Below, in pieces: positions 30,101 to 38,982 of a DNA stretch of 64,000 nt. The notes beneath the pieces are model-generated. The model was not told the origin of the DNA and ran no database searches. It saw only the letters and a program-made list of their open reading frames with translations. Numbering within the stretch: position 1 is the first letter of the stretch; every line of letters begins with the position of its first letter. Origin of the DNA: Aulosira sp. ZfuVER01. GTDB lineage: Bacteria > Cyanobacteriota > Cyanobacteriia > Cyanobacteriales > Nostocaceae. The stretch lies in contig JAVRCV020000052.1 in the NCBI GenBank assembly GCA_034530615.2, forward strand, positions 128,001 to 192,000, written 5' to 3'. The position numbers and the translations under genes are program-made.

Positions 30101-31558
30101 ACGGAAAATTCCCACTGGTGCGGCTTTTGCTAAGGTGGCATACCGATGTTCGCTTTGGAGCAAAGCCTCCTGTGCTGCTTTGCGATCGCTAATGTCGCTG
30201 CCAATGCCGAGGAAGCCTGTAATATTATTTTCTGCGTCACGCAAAGCTGTTACTGACAGCAGCACCGGAAAGTGCGAACCGTCTTTGCGGATGTAAGTCC
30301 ATTCGCGCTCCTCTATTTGCCCAGATCGCGCCTTAGCTACAAATACCTCAAATCCAGGCTCAATAGTCACGCCCAGTTCTTGAGAAAGTTCTTTTGCTAC
30401 TTTTACAATTTCATCCCAGTCATGGATGATTGCTGGAGTTGTTTTCCCAACTACCTCATGGGCAGCATATCCCAGCCATCGTTCTGCGGCTGCATTAAAA
30501 GTTTGAATGATACCTTCTGGTGTGGTGGAAATAATTGTGTAGTTAGCACTATTTAAAATCGCGCGTTGCAGTGTTGTTGTATTCCTTAGCTGTGATTCTA
30601 TGCGTTGACGTTCAGTAATTTCAGCCTGTAAAGCTTCATTAGCTTCTAATAACTCTGTAGTTCGTTCTTGAACTCGAATTTCTAACTCATCGTGCGCCTT
30701 GCGTAACGCGGCCTCTGCTTGTTTGCGTAAGTGCAGCTCATAGTAGACAGCGCTAATATCACGACCTTCAGCGATGAGTATGACTACTTGCCCAGCTTCA
30801 TCAAACACAGGTTTGAGGGAAAAATCAACCATTGCTTGTGTATCTTCTGCACCCCTGAGTTCGACTTCATAACGGACAAATTGACCACAAGCTGCTTGAG
30901 CGATCGCGGTTTTTAAGCGGTTTTGGATTTGCGGGGAAATTGTCCACCACCGCGTTTCCCAAAACGAGCGATTGATGACATCAGCATGAGTCAGCCCACC
31001 AAAGTTGAGGGCGGTGCGGTTGATTTCCAAGAGTGTGCCATCTGGTTGGAGTAGCCCGATAAATTGGAAAGTCTGGTCAAAGATAGCCCGAAATCTTCTT
31101 TCGCTATCCCGTAGTGCAGCTTCTACTCTTTGCCGTTCAATAATTTGCTGTTGCAGTTTTTGGTTAGTTGCTTCTAACTGGACTGTACTAAGTATTTCTA
31201 AAGCTTTGGGTAATAATTTCACCAGCACAAGCGCTGCATAAACTGAAACCATTGCCGTCACGGCTTTGACAGCACCGGATACCCAATAATGTGGATACCA
31301 AAGTGTCCAAACTGTCATGAGATGGCTCGTGCCACAAGCGACTATAAAAGCGCTAAATAACAGAAAGATAGTTTTAAAGGGAAAGGTGTTGCCCTTGTAG
31401 ACGAAATAAAGCAACGTTAAAGGAATCGAATAATATGCCAGAGCAATTAGTGAATCGGAAAGTACGTGTAAAAATACCAGTCCTGGATTCCAGAGATAGC
31501 AATGCCCGTGGGGGATAAAGGGGCTTGAGGTAAAAAAGGTGTGTAGTAAGTCTGGCAT
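27146..31558 (-). CDS. Hybrid sensor histidine kinase: ETR1-like ethylene-binding TM domain, multiple PAS domains, HisKA/HATPase and two receiver domains
   Basis: SDSLIALAYYSIP and FIVACGTSHL; repeated PAS/PAC ends (DISDRK, DITERK); H-box VSHELRTPL; NLLSNAIKF; GTGLGLAI; two REC domains. Confidence 0.92.
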   Translation of the reverse strand: MPDLLHTFFTSSPFIPHGHCYLWNPGLVFLHVLSDSLIALAYYSIPLTLLYFVYKGNTFPFKTIFLLFSAFIVACGTSHLMTVWTLWYPHYWVSGAVKAVTAMVSVYAALVLVKLLPKALEILSTVQLEATNQKLQQQIIERQRVEAALRDSERRFRAIFDQTFQFIGLLQPDGTLLEINRTALNFGGLTHADVINRSFWETRWWTISPQIQNRLKTAIAQAACGQFVRYEVELRGAEDTQAMVDFSLKPVFDEAGQVVILIAEGRDISAVYYELHLRKQAEAALRKAHDELEIRVQERTTELLEANEALQAEITERQRIESQLRNTTTLQRAILNSANYTIISTTPEGIIQTFNAAAERWLGYAAHEVVGKTTPAIIHDWDEIVKVAKELSQELGVTIEPGFEVFVAKARSGQIEEREWTYIRKDGSHFPVLLSVTALRDAENNITGFLGIGSDISDRKAAQEALLQSEHRYATLAKAAPVGIFRTDAFGHCIFLNKQACEIIGTIPEELVEEGWIKFLHHEDRQRVIRQWHQTIQQKLPFKSEHRFRNSRGKTTWVLAQAIAEIGTVGEVTGFIGTITDISDRKRSEEALSHSEATLRSFFDSAPMLMGVVEVIDDDILHISDNAAAAKFYGLTPALMQNRLASELGAPPNYIHQWIENYHEAERSHSPVRFEYTHDTLTGKRWLSATVSAISSDRSSHPRFSYIVEDISERKQSEEELQKQAFLLDLTHDTIIVRDANARITFWNRGAEEMYGWAKAEAIGQISHEFLQTQFPQPFAEIEAQLLQTGRWEGELIHIKRDGTPIVVDSRWALQRDEQGRSQRMLEMNNDITERKRAEEELRHLSLALESAVEGISQLDTQGRYLKVNPAYANAVGYQPEEMIGMEWVLTVHPEDLEKLNAAYQLMLTNGKVEAEARGVRKDKSVFDKQVVMVKAYDQQQQFMGHYCFMKDISDRREIERLKDEFVSVVSHELRTPLTSISGALDLLAGEVLLAEPEEAQRMLNIAASNTDRLVRLINDILDIERIESGKVQMTPEICDAGDLMTESIEIVEEMAEQAEVTLSVLPLSAPIWADPDRIIQVFTNLLSNAIKFSPPGSTICLSGEVLAAKRIRFQVKDQGRGIPAEKLESVFERFGQVDASDSRQKGGTGLGLAICRSILQHHNGQIWVESTLGEGSSFFFTLPLLSEDETRQRNRENQENLSPSVLIPITASSASPLVIECDDDPSIRVVVQTMLERQGYRVMAAASGQEAVEQAKLYHPDAIILNLMMPGMDGWETLAILKQQPHTQNIPVIILSGLLPDAKKGLPQSVSDWIVKPPNPKLLCQALEKATATQNPCIKVLIVEDDLDLAQVLIALFNRHGITTFYAQTGREAIQISQNILPDLLVLDLGLPENDGFAVVDWLRQHQRLCQVPLIVYTARDLDESDRDRLKLGQTLFFTKGRITPQEFEQRVINLLNRMIGDHREVSQD

Positions 31559-31559
31559 A

Positions 31560-31607
31560 GGGAGTGTGGGAGGTGTGGGGAGTGTGGGGGGTGTGGGGAG
31601 TGTGGGA
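31560..31607. repeat. G-rich 9-nt tandem repeat (GGGAGTGTG)x5, left arm
   Basis: GGGAGTGTG GGAGGTGTG GGGAGTGTG GGGGGTGTG GGGAGTGTG GGA. Confidence 0.9.
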
Positions 31608-31640
31608 AGATGGAGAATAGAGCGGTCGAAATTAAAGAAG

Positions 31641-32033
31641 ATGGAAGAAAAAGGGAAAAAGTATTTTAGAACTCATGAGGATTTAGCTGTTTATCAATTG
31701 GCATTTGAAATAGCGATGCAAATTTTTGAATATTCTAAAAAATTCCCAGATGAAGAAAAATATTCATTAACCGATCAAATTCGGCGCTCCTCTCGCTCAG
31801 TCTGTGCGAATCTGGCGGAAGCTTGGAGAAAACGGAGATATAAAGCCGCTTTTATCGCTAAACTAAATGATTGTGAATCTGAAGCAGCAGAAACTCAAGT
31901 TTGGTTAAAGTTTGCCGTAAAATGCCAGTATCTCACCGTCGAAGAAGGAAGAGAACTCTACGGAAATTACAATCAAGTCCTTAGTGGCTTAGTCAAAATG
32001 ATTACCCATCCAGATGATTGGTTACTCGACTAA
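31641..32033 (+). CDS. Four-helix bundle protein (23S rRNA intervening-sequence protein family)
   Basis: HEDLAVYQLA, FPDEEKYSLTDQIRRSSRSVCANLAEAW, EAAETQVWL. Confidence 0.9.
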   Translation: MEEKGKKYFRTHEDLAVYQLAFEIAMQIFEYSKKFPDEEKYSLTDQIRRSSRSVCANLAEAWRKRRYKAAFIAKLNDCESEAAETQVWLKFAVKCQYLTVEEGRELYGNYNQVLSGLVKMITHPDDWLLD

Positions 32034-34507
32034 CCCCCCACACTCCCCACACTCCCCACACCCCCCACACTCCTCCTTGCCTGTTCCAGAACTGCGTCAG
32101 CCGCTTGGTAGAGTGCTTGCAGATTGGTACCATCTTGAGGATACTCAACGACTGCTGTACTAAAGGTGACATGAAATTTCTGATTATTGGCAGCAGTAAA
32201 TTCAATCTGACGTAAGCTTTGGAGCAGTTCTAAAAACCGCCGCACTCCATCATTTTTGGTCATCCCTGCCATTCCGACTACAAATTCTGTACCTCCCCAA
32301 CGCCCAACTACATCCTGGGTATGGAATGTCTGGCGTAACAGTTCCCCTAGTCTGGATAACACGCGATCGCCTACAGCATGACCGTACTTTTGATTAATTT
32401 CTTTGAGGTTGTCAAGCTCTACAATAGCGAAGCAGAAGGGCTGTTGATGGCGTTCGCTCGATTGAAGATAGCGATTTAAATCTTCAGTGGACTTGCGACG
32501 ATTAGCAACGAGTGTTAATCCGTCAAGTTCTGCGAGATTCCGCAGCCAGCGCGATCGCTCTAAGCGATTGAGTATGCGTGTAATCAGTTCTGGTTCTACA
32601 ATTGGTTTGCTGATGTAGTCGTCTGCACCTGCTAAAAATACTTGCTGTCTGGTTTTGGTATCGTTATGAGCAGTGAGAAACAAAATCGGCAATCCACTCC
32701 ATTGCGGCTCATTTCTAATTACTTGGCATAATTCTATACCGCTAATTTCTGGTAATTCCACATCTAAAATCAGCAGATCTGGTTGAGCAACCGCCATTGC
32801 TTCTAAAAACCGCAGGGGATTCTCTAGGGTGTAAACCTTCATTCCCCAAGGTACAAGTAAAGTTTGGAGAGCAGCCAATATCTGCGGATCGTCATCGACA
32901 ACCATCACCTTTGCTTGGGTGGAGCGAGTACGCTGTAGTATTTGAGTCACTGTCTCCAGAACTTGGTTTGGGAAGACAGGCTTTTGTAAAATACCGCTTC
33001 CACCCAAACGAGCAACTTTTACCCTATCGAGTAAACTGTCTTTGTCTGTTAAAACGATCGCTGGTATGGGAGATTTACAGGCACTGAGTTCTGCTAGTAA
33101 AACGAGAAGATTTTCTGTAGAGTCGCTAGTTGAAAGGTCGAGCAACACAATATCAGGAGAATTTTGAGCAATCAACTCCCTAGCGGTGGGAGCATCTTTG
33201 GCAATTTGCGATCGCATCGCCCAACTATTTGTCTCTTTTGCCAACACTTCAGCTAATTCCCGATCCTGGTTAACAATCAACAGCAAAGGACGTTCATCCA
33301 TTAGTTGATTATTGGAGAGCAATTCCTGCTTATACTCCGAGTTCAACAGTTGCAATTGTTGACGCAACGCCCCAACTAATTGCGAAATCTGCTGTCTTGT
33401 CTCTGGCTTCAGCTTAGTACCCATCTCCCACAGCGATTCTAATTCTTGAGCTAGATGCGAACCTTCATCTGATCCAAACATTCCCAGAGAACCAGCTAGC
33501 TTATGAGCCTCAATCTTTGCTTTTGACTGCATTTCCTCGCTGAGTTTACCCTGTAGCAACATGGTAGAGGCTTGCTCAATTGTCATCACTCGCTCTTCGA
33601 GTTTCTGTGCTACTTCTTCCCAGACTTTGCTAACTCCAGTCTCAACCTGATTTTGAACATTGGGTTGCGGCTTGCTCCCATTGTTTTTAGGAGCGTGATT
33701 TTGCAGCCACGCAGGTGTAGAAGTTTCCTCCCTTGTAGCCAGTTGTGGAGATTGGGGTTGTTGTGTACGTCCGCGTCGCCCATCATTCCCAGCAATTGAA
33801 GACTTGGATTTTCCCCGATCTACACTTTCTCTCTCTGCTGGCTTGAGTTTATATCCAATTCCATAAACTGTTTCAATGGGATCGTCAGCTACTCCTGCTA
33901 CTTTAAGTTTTTGCCGTAAACCTTTCATGTGAGATCTCACCGTATCATCTGTAGGCGGTTCTTCCAATGACCACAGATGATCGATCAACGCACTACAGCT
34001 AAATATTCGGTGAGTATTGCGCAGAAAAAGCTCCAGCAGACCGTATTCTTTGGGAGTCAAATGCAAGAGTTTGCCATCACAAGTGACTTCGCAAGTACTA
34101 GGATCGAGCCGCAGGTTTTTCCACTCCAACAGAGGCGGTAAAGCAGAACCACCCCGACGTAATAAAGCACGAATGCGAGCTAATAATTCCTGAAAATCAA
34201 AAGGCTTGGCAACATAATCATCAGCACCAGCATCCAACCCCATGACTTTATTGATGCTGGTGTCTTGGGCTGTTAATAACAAAACAGGTGTTTGATTGCC
34301 TTTGGCTCGCAATCGCTGACAGAAGTTAATGCCGTTCAGCTTAGGTAGCAGAACATCGAGCAGAATCAAGTCATAAGTAAATAACTCTGCCAAATCCCAA
34401 CCTTCTTGCCCATCCTTGGCGACATCAACAGCATAGCGCTGGTTTATCAAGGATTTGGTAAGGGATTCAGCAATAAGTTCATCATCTTCAACTAATAGAA
34501 TTCTCAT
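32030..34507 (-). CDS. Multidomain response regulator: REC-wHTH(OmpR)-Hpt-REC-REC-degenerate GGDEF
   Basis: MRILLVEDD, LTPKEYGLLEL, IETVYGIGYKL, Hpt AHKLAGSLGMFG, two further REC domains, RWGGTEF. Confidence 0.9.
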   Translation of the reverse strand: MRILLVEDDELIAESLTKSLINQRYAVDVAKDGQEGWDLAELFTYDLILLDVLLPKLNGINFCQRLRAKGNQTPVLLLTAQDTSINKVMGLDAGADDYVAKPFDFQELLARIRALLRRGGSALPPLLEWKNLRLDPSTCEVTCDGKLLHLTPKEYGLLELFLRNTHRIFSCSALIDHLWSLEEPPTDDTVRSHMKGLRQKLKVAGVADDPIETVYGIGYKLKPAERESVDRGKSKSSIAGNDGRRGRTQQPQSPQLATREETSTPAWLQNHAPKNNGSKPQPNVQNQVETGVSKVWEEVAQKLEERVMTIEQASTMLLQGKLSEEMQSKAKIEAHKLAGSLGMFGSDEGSHLAQELESLWEMGTKLKPETRQQISQLVGALRQQLQLLNSEYKQELLSNNQLMDERPLLLIVNQDRELAEVLAKETNSWAMRSQIAKDAPTARELIAQNSPDIVLLDLSTSDSTENLLVLLAELSACKSPIPAIVLTDKDSLLDRVKVARLGGSGILQKPVFPNQVLETVTQILQRTRSTQAKVMVVDDDPQILAALQTLLVPWGMKVYTLENPLRFLEAMAVAQPDLLILDVELPEISGIELCQVIRNEPQWSGLPILFLTAHNDTKTRQQVFLAGADDYISKPIVEPELITRILNRLERSRWLRNLAELDGLTLVANRRKSTEDLNRYLQSSERHQQPFCFAIVELDNLKEINQKYGHAVGDRVLSRLGELLRQTFHTQDVVGRWGGTEFVVGMAGMTKNDGVRRFLELLQSLRQIEFTAANNQKFHVTFSTAVVEYPQDGTNLQALYQAADAVLEQARRSVGGVGSVGSVGG
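32034..32073. repeat. C-rich 9-nt tandem repeat (CACACTCCC)x4, right arm, inverted relative to 31560-31607
   Basis: CCCCC CACACTCCC CACACTCCC CACACCCCC CACACTCC. Confidence 0.9.
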
Positions 34508-34778
34508 AGCGGTTAATGACCGCAAATTAACAGTTATTCACTAAAAGGTTACACCCTATACAAAGGCTTGTTAAACCTTAAAAGTTAAGCCTAGCTTAAA
34601 TTAAGCTATGTTTCCGTTTGCCTTGGCAAATGTCAACATCGCTCCTTCTCTCAGGAAATGATAAACAAAAATTAGAGGAAAGTAGGTCTACCTTCAGTAA
34701 GATAGTGTTGTCTTCCAATAAGTAGCTAATTTTTAGCTTCCTTCCAGCTATTTGTCAAAATTTTAACTAAAAACTCTG

Positions 34779-36074
34779 CTAATTAGTGGCTTCTGTTTGG
34801 TTCTTGAGTTGAGATGCAATCAAAGGCACTTTAGGCGCGAAGAAAAATCCCATCAAGCTAGCAAAGAGTATGGGTGTGAAGGGGCTGAAGTTAGTTAGTT
34901 TTGATAGCAACAAAGTTGTACTTATTGGGGTGCGGGTTACTGCTGCATTAATAGCAGCCATTGTACAAATCATCGCCAAAGCAGGATTGACTCCGGGAAT
35001 TAAGATTGCTACTGCTTTACCTACACAAGCACCAGTAAAAAATAGGGGAATGATAAATCCACCACGCCAACCACCTGTAACTGTGATGCTAATCGCAGCC
35101 ATTTTACCTAAAGCTAACAGCAACAGAACAATAGCAGGAAAGTTAGTCGTAACCACAGATTCTAATTCTTCATGGCCAAAATAACGAGTAAGTGGCAAAA
35201 CCACTGCTAAACTGCCAAGTCCCAAGCCTGCGAGTGTGGTGCGTACATAAATAGGGCCGGGGATACGGGTAAATAAGCGATCGCAACTGCGAAAAATGCC
35301 GATAAAAATCCATCCTGCTACTGCCCCTAGAATACCGAAGGCGATCGCCAAAGCAAAATCATCAATGTTTACCAAGTTGTATTGCGGAAAATTCCAAGTC
35401 GGTGCAATTCCTAAACGTGTAATTGCTGCAAATACCAAATAACTAGCGCAACTCGCAACAATCGCAGGCATCAAAGCTTCGTAATATTCCACAATATGTT
35501 GATGGTGCAAAATCTCTAGGGCGAACATCGCACCACCAAGAGGAGAGCCAAACAAGGCAGTGAAGCCCGCCGCCATCGCTGCTAAACTCATAGATCTGAG
35601 ATCTTCTCCTTGAAGTTTTAAGCGATCGGCTACCCAAGTACCAAAGGAACCAGTTACTTGTACTAGGGGTGCTTCTGGCCCCGCACTACCACCAGCTGAG
35701 ATGCTGACTAAAGAAGAGAGAATCATTGAGGGATTTTTCCGCGTATCCAACCGTCCGTCGCGAAAGTGGATATTATCAACGATCGCGGCGATTTCACCGG
35801 GATTCCCCAGAAAATGAATGATTAACCCAATCAATAAACCGCATAGTGGCATTACTACAAGCAGACTCGCACCCTGAAATTTTTGCAAGCCATGAACAAT
35901 CAGCTCTAGAACATTCCAGTACAAACCAGCAAATAGACCGCTAACAGTCCCGACAGCAGCCCAGCATAAAACCCACCGGGAAATCATCAAAGGATGACGC
36001 TTTGCCAAGCCAAAAAGTTGAGAAAGTGTCCAGCGTTGAGTTTGATTGCTAGTCGGCCGCTTATTTGGTAGCAC
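34779..36074 (-). CDS. ClC family chloride channel/transporter
   Basis: GGSAGPEAPLVQ, AAGFTALFGSPLGGAMFALE, GWRGGFIIPLFFTG; many TM helices. Confidence 0.88.
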   Translation of the reverse strand: MLPNKRPTSNQTQRWTLSQLFGLAKRHPLMISRWVLCWAAVGTVSGLFAGLYWNVLELIVHGLQKFQGASLLVVMPLCGLLIGLIIHFLGNPGEIAAIVDNIHFRDGRLDTRKNPSMILSSLVSISAGGSAGPEAPLVQVTGSFGTWVADRLKLQGEDLRSMSLAAMAAGFTALFGSPLGGAMFALEILHHQHIVEYYEALMPAIVASCASYLVFAAITRLGIAPTWNFPQYNLVNIDDFALAIAFGILGAVAGWIFIGIFRSCDRLFTRIPGPIYVRTTLAGLGLGSLAVVLPLTRYFGHEELESVVTTNFPAIVLLLLALGKMAAISITVTGGWRGGFIIPLFFTGACVGKAVAILIPGVNPALAMICTMAAINAAVTRTPISTTLLLSKLTNFSPFTPILFASLMGFFFAPKVPLIASQLKNQTEATN

Positions 36075-36247
36075 TGCTGATTTCCTATTTTGAAACGAAA
36101 TATACAGAATCTTTACGTTTTCTATAGTAAAGGCTATTGGCTAGCTAAATCATCTTTAGTTCCTATAAGGAGTATTTAAGTCTCTAGATAGTGTGGGCAT
36201 CGCCACCAGAAAATCTAAGCTTGGCGTAGAAGTTTGGGGAAATAGTC

Positions 36248-36466
36248 ATGAATAAAGAAAATGTTCCTAGTCAAGCCGAAAAGATGAATCCAGAAGGTGA
36301 TGCATCACAATTAAGCCCAGAGGTACTGGACAAAATTAAACACCCTCCAAAAATGGATGATGTAATCCGCGAACAATCCGCAGAAGAGCGCAGATCTAAC
36401 CCTGCTTTAGTACCAGAAATGCTGGATGAACCAACAGATGAGATGATTGGCTTCACCAAAGAGTAG
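36248..36466 (+). CDS. Small acidic hypothetical protein
   Basis: 72-aa ATG ORF preceded by GGGGA; protein-like composition. Confidence 0.6.
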   Translation: MNKENVPSQAEKMNPEGDASQLSPEVLDKIKHPPKMDDVIREQSAEERRSNPALVPEMLDEPTDEMIGFTKE

Positions 36467-36522
36467 TTAAATCGGCGGTTATCAACCGCCACTACGCAAA
36501 CAAAACCTAGCAACCCGAGTTT

Positions 36523-37320
36523 TCATACTTTTTCCGGTAATGTAGGGGGATGAGTATTAAACCATCTTTGATAAATTTGCTGATAAGTGCCATTAGATAG
36601 CAAAGTTGCTATACCTTTGTTAATTATTTCTAAATAAGGAGAATCTGGAGGTGTAGCAATCCCGTAGAATTCTTCTGTTAGCAGATTTGCAACAACTTTA
36701 ATACCTTGAAGATTGCCGTTCTTAATAGCATACAAAGTAGCGAATGCATCGCTAATTACCGCATCGACATTACCATTTACCAAGTCTTGGAAGAAATCAG
36801 GGCCAGAATTATATGTGCTAATTTTGGCATTTGGGATAGTTTTGGCAAAATCTGCGCCAGTTGAACCAATTTGCACGCCTATCCTTTTACCTTCAAGGCT
36901 ATTGAAGTTTTGAATATCTTGGTTGTTGGCTCGAACTGCGATCGCTAGTCCAGCTTTAAAATAAGGTCGCGTAAAGGAAATTGTTTTCTGGCGTTCGCTG
37001 GTAATTGTGATTCCACTAATTGCAGCATCAACACTTTTGGCTTGCAAAGTCGAAATCATCCCGTCAAAAGGTAGACTTTCCCACTGAACTGTTAAACCAG
37101 TTACTTGAGCGATCGCATTCATCAGATCGATATCAAAACCTTCCAGATTACCGTTCACAGTTTTCATCTCAAACGGTACAAAAGTAGGATCTGTAGACAC
37201 CTTCAAAGTTTTTAATCCTGAGTTTGAGATTGTGGTACTCGTATGGCTCAAACCGTTACAAGCAATTATTAACAACAGACAGCTTAAGCCCAAAATTACT
37301 TGACGCCATTTCCACTTCAT
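36523..37320 (-). CDS. Polar amino-acid ABC transporter substrate-binding lipoprotein (SBP family 3)
   Basis: Lipobox LIIAC, DPTFVPFE, GFDIDL, AAISGITITSER, IGVQIGSTG, EEFYGIA. Confidence 0.9.
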   Translation of the reverse strand: MKWKWRQVILGLSCLLLIIACNGLSHTSTTISNSGLKTLKVSTDPTFVPFEMKTVNGNLEGFDIDLMNAIAQVTGLTVQWESLPFDGMISTLQAKSVDAAISGITITSERQKTISFTRPYFKAGLAIAVRANNQDIQNFNSLEGKRIGVQIGSTGADFAKTIPNAKISTYNSGPDFFQDLVNGNVDAVISDAFATLYAIKNGNLQGIKVVANLLTEEFYGIATPPDSPYLEIINKGIATLLSNGTYQQIYQRWFNTHPPTLPEKV

Positions 37321-37422
37321 CGATTTCACTGTGTTTAAATGCAGAGAGTACAAAATCTATTTAGGTCAATTACCTACAAACCTATACAAACCTGTACTCA
37401 ATGATTTCGGATGTTCTCATAT

Positions 37423-37848
37423 TTATAAAAACAATTTACGCATAAAGCGAAGTACGTAAATAATATATTCCACCTGTGATTTAGTTTTAGCTGTAGACTT
37501 TATTTCCTTTAAAATTTTTTGCATTTCAGCTAAATTTGCTGGGTTGATTCCAATAATAGTGGCTCTGATAATCGCTGCTCTAACACTATTTAAAGTATCT
37601 TTGCACTCATGAACTGCCTCCCTCAACTTAGTTACTTGCTCCCAGTCCTTTGCATCTTGGGCATTGAATAGTGCAAATTGCAGTTGAGGTAGAATGTTTT
37701 GTAATTCATCCTCTGTATTATTTAAGTGAGGTACATCTATTTGATTGTTAGAAATTGTTTTTAGCTGAGAAACTATTTCTTGCAATTTTTCTAAAATTTC
37801 ATAGCTATCTGTTATTTGTGAATCATTTGAATTGTCTGCGTCACTCAT
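37423..37848 (-). CDS. Hypothetical alpha-helical protein
   Basis: 141-aa ATG ORF 14 nt downstream of the gene at 37863-38849; heptad-like helices. Confidence 0.7.
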   Translation of the reverse strand: MSDADNSNDSQITDSYEILEKLQEIVSQLKTISNNQIDVPHLNNTEDELQNILPQLQFALFNAQDAKDWEQVTKLREAVHECKDTLNSVRAAIIRATIIGINPANLAEMQKILKEIKSTAKTKSQVEYIIYVLRFMRKLFL

Positions 37849-37862
37849 AAATTATGGTCTCA

Positions 37863-38849
37863 TTAACCCTGACATAATTGCGGCTCTAAAGCTTGTGAAT
37901 TTATTCTTCTTAAAGATACTTGTTTCAAGAATTCTTTTAAAGTTATATCTTCGCTAATTGATTGCTCTATACTATTCATCTTAGAGATGATTGAACTGTA
38001 GTCTCTACCAGTAAAATTGGCAGCCACTCCCACAATATTAGTCACTCTAGTTGCAATCGCTTCAAAGCTAAGATTGGGGTATTCATCAATTAGTTTTGAG
38101 AGTTTTCTGCCAGTATCGGCTGCTATCAAAAGTCGAGAGATAGATTCATTGAGTATTTGCTGTTCAGTCGCATTAACTTTTAGCCACTCATCTATTTGTT
38201 CAGCAACTTGACGCTTAATCTCTTCTGGACTAATTTGTGAAGATATATTTGAATTATTATACTTTCTTCTTAGCTGTTGTAGCTTCAAGCCTATAAGCAC
38301 CCTTTGGGGATTGTTGGGTTTTGGTGGTTTTTCTTGAATTCGTTTAGCTAAAAGTAGCATCTTTACTGTTAAGCACCTTGCTGGTTTAGCAGTTTGAGCC
38401 ACTATTCTGGCACTTCCATAGTCAATTGTTTCTAAATTGTTAAAAATCTCTACAGCCGTATCGTATTCTGCTTGTAAAGCATCAAGTTCTCTATCAAAAT
38501 CTGATGGCTGATTATTTGATTGATTTTCTCCAGAAATAATTTTATCTATTTCTCTAGGATCGCCAAAATTAATTCTCCGGTCTGTTAGTAATTGCTCAAC
38601 AATAAAATCACGAGATACTTGAGCATCTATAGGTAACTCATTAAGTTGATAAATTTTCTTGACTGAAGTTATAGCATCAACTGCTTGATTACGAAAATTA
38701 TCTGCGGTGACTCTGAGCATTGTTCGTTTTTCTGGCGTACAACTGCAAAGAGTGGTCATGAGAGTAAAAGCTACTATACAAAATCTCCCTAAAGAGAATT
38801 CATGAATCCACGTAAATTTCATATTTATACGTACCATCTTTAATCTCAT
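37863..38849 (-). CDS. Hypothetical helical protein, probable lipoprotein
   Basis: Hydrophobic segment ending TLCSC (lipobox-like); AT-rich; no family recognised. Confidence 0.7.
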   Translation of the reverse strand: MRLKMVRINMKFTWIHEFSLGRFCIVAFTLMTTLCSCTPEKRTMLRVTADNFRNQAVDAITSVKKIYQLNELPIDAQVSRDFIVEQLLTDRRINFGDPREIDKIISGENQSNNQPSDFDRELDALQAEYDTAVEIFNNLETIDYGSARIVAQTAKPARCLTVKMLLLAKRIQEKPPKPNNPQRVLIGLKLQQLRRKYNNSNISSQISPEEIKRQVAEQIDEWLKVNATEQQILNESISRLLIAADTGRKLSKLIDEYPNLSFEAIATRVTNIVGVAANFTGRDYSSIISKMNSIEQSISEDITLKEFLKQVSLRRINSQALEPQLCQG

Positions 38850-38982
38850 TGAGGAGGCGATCGCTCATAAGTTTCTCAGTATCATTATCGTCAGAGAACT
38901 CCACGTTGTCATTACAGAAAAACAAAAGCGATCGCACCCACTTAAAGATGCGATCGCAAAGACTGAGATTATGGAGTGAAAC

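Noticed and set aside
31539..31640. N-terminal extension of the four-helix-bundle ORF (GSVGGVGSV...) and the small ORFs 32002-32205 and 32018-32215
   Set aside because: They are translations of the 9-nt repeat arms; the ATG at 31641 fits the family start better.
31641..32033. Four-helix-bundle gene as the Avd of a diversity-generating retroelement, explaining the TPR variability
   Set aside because: No reverse transcriptase and no template/variable repeat pair with adenine-specific differences were seen in the window.
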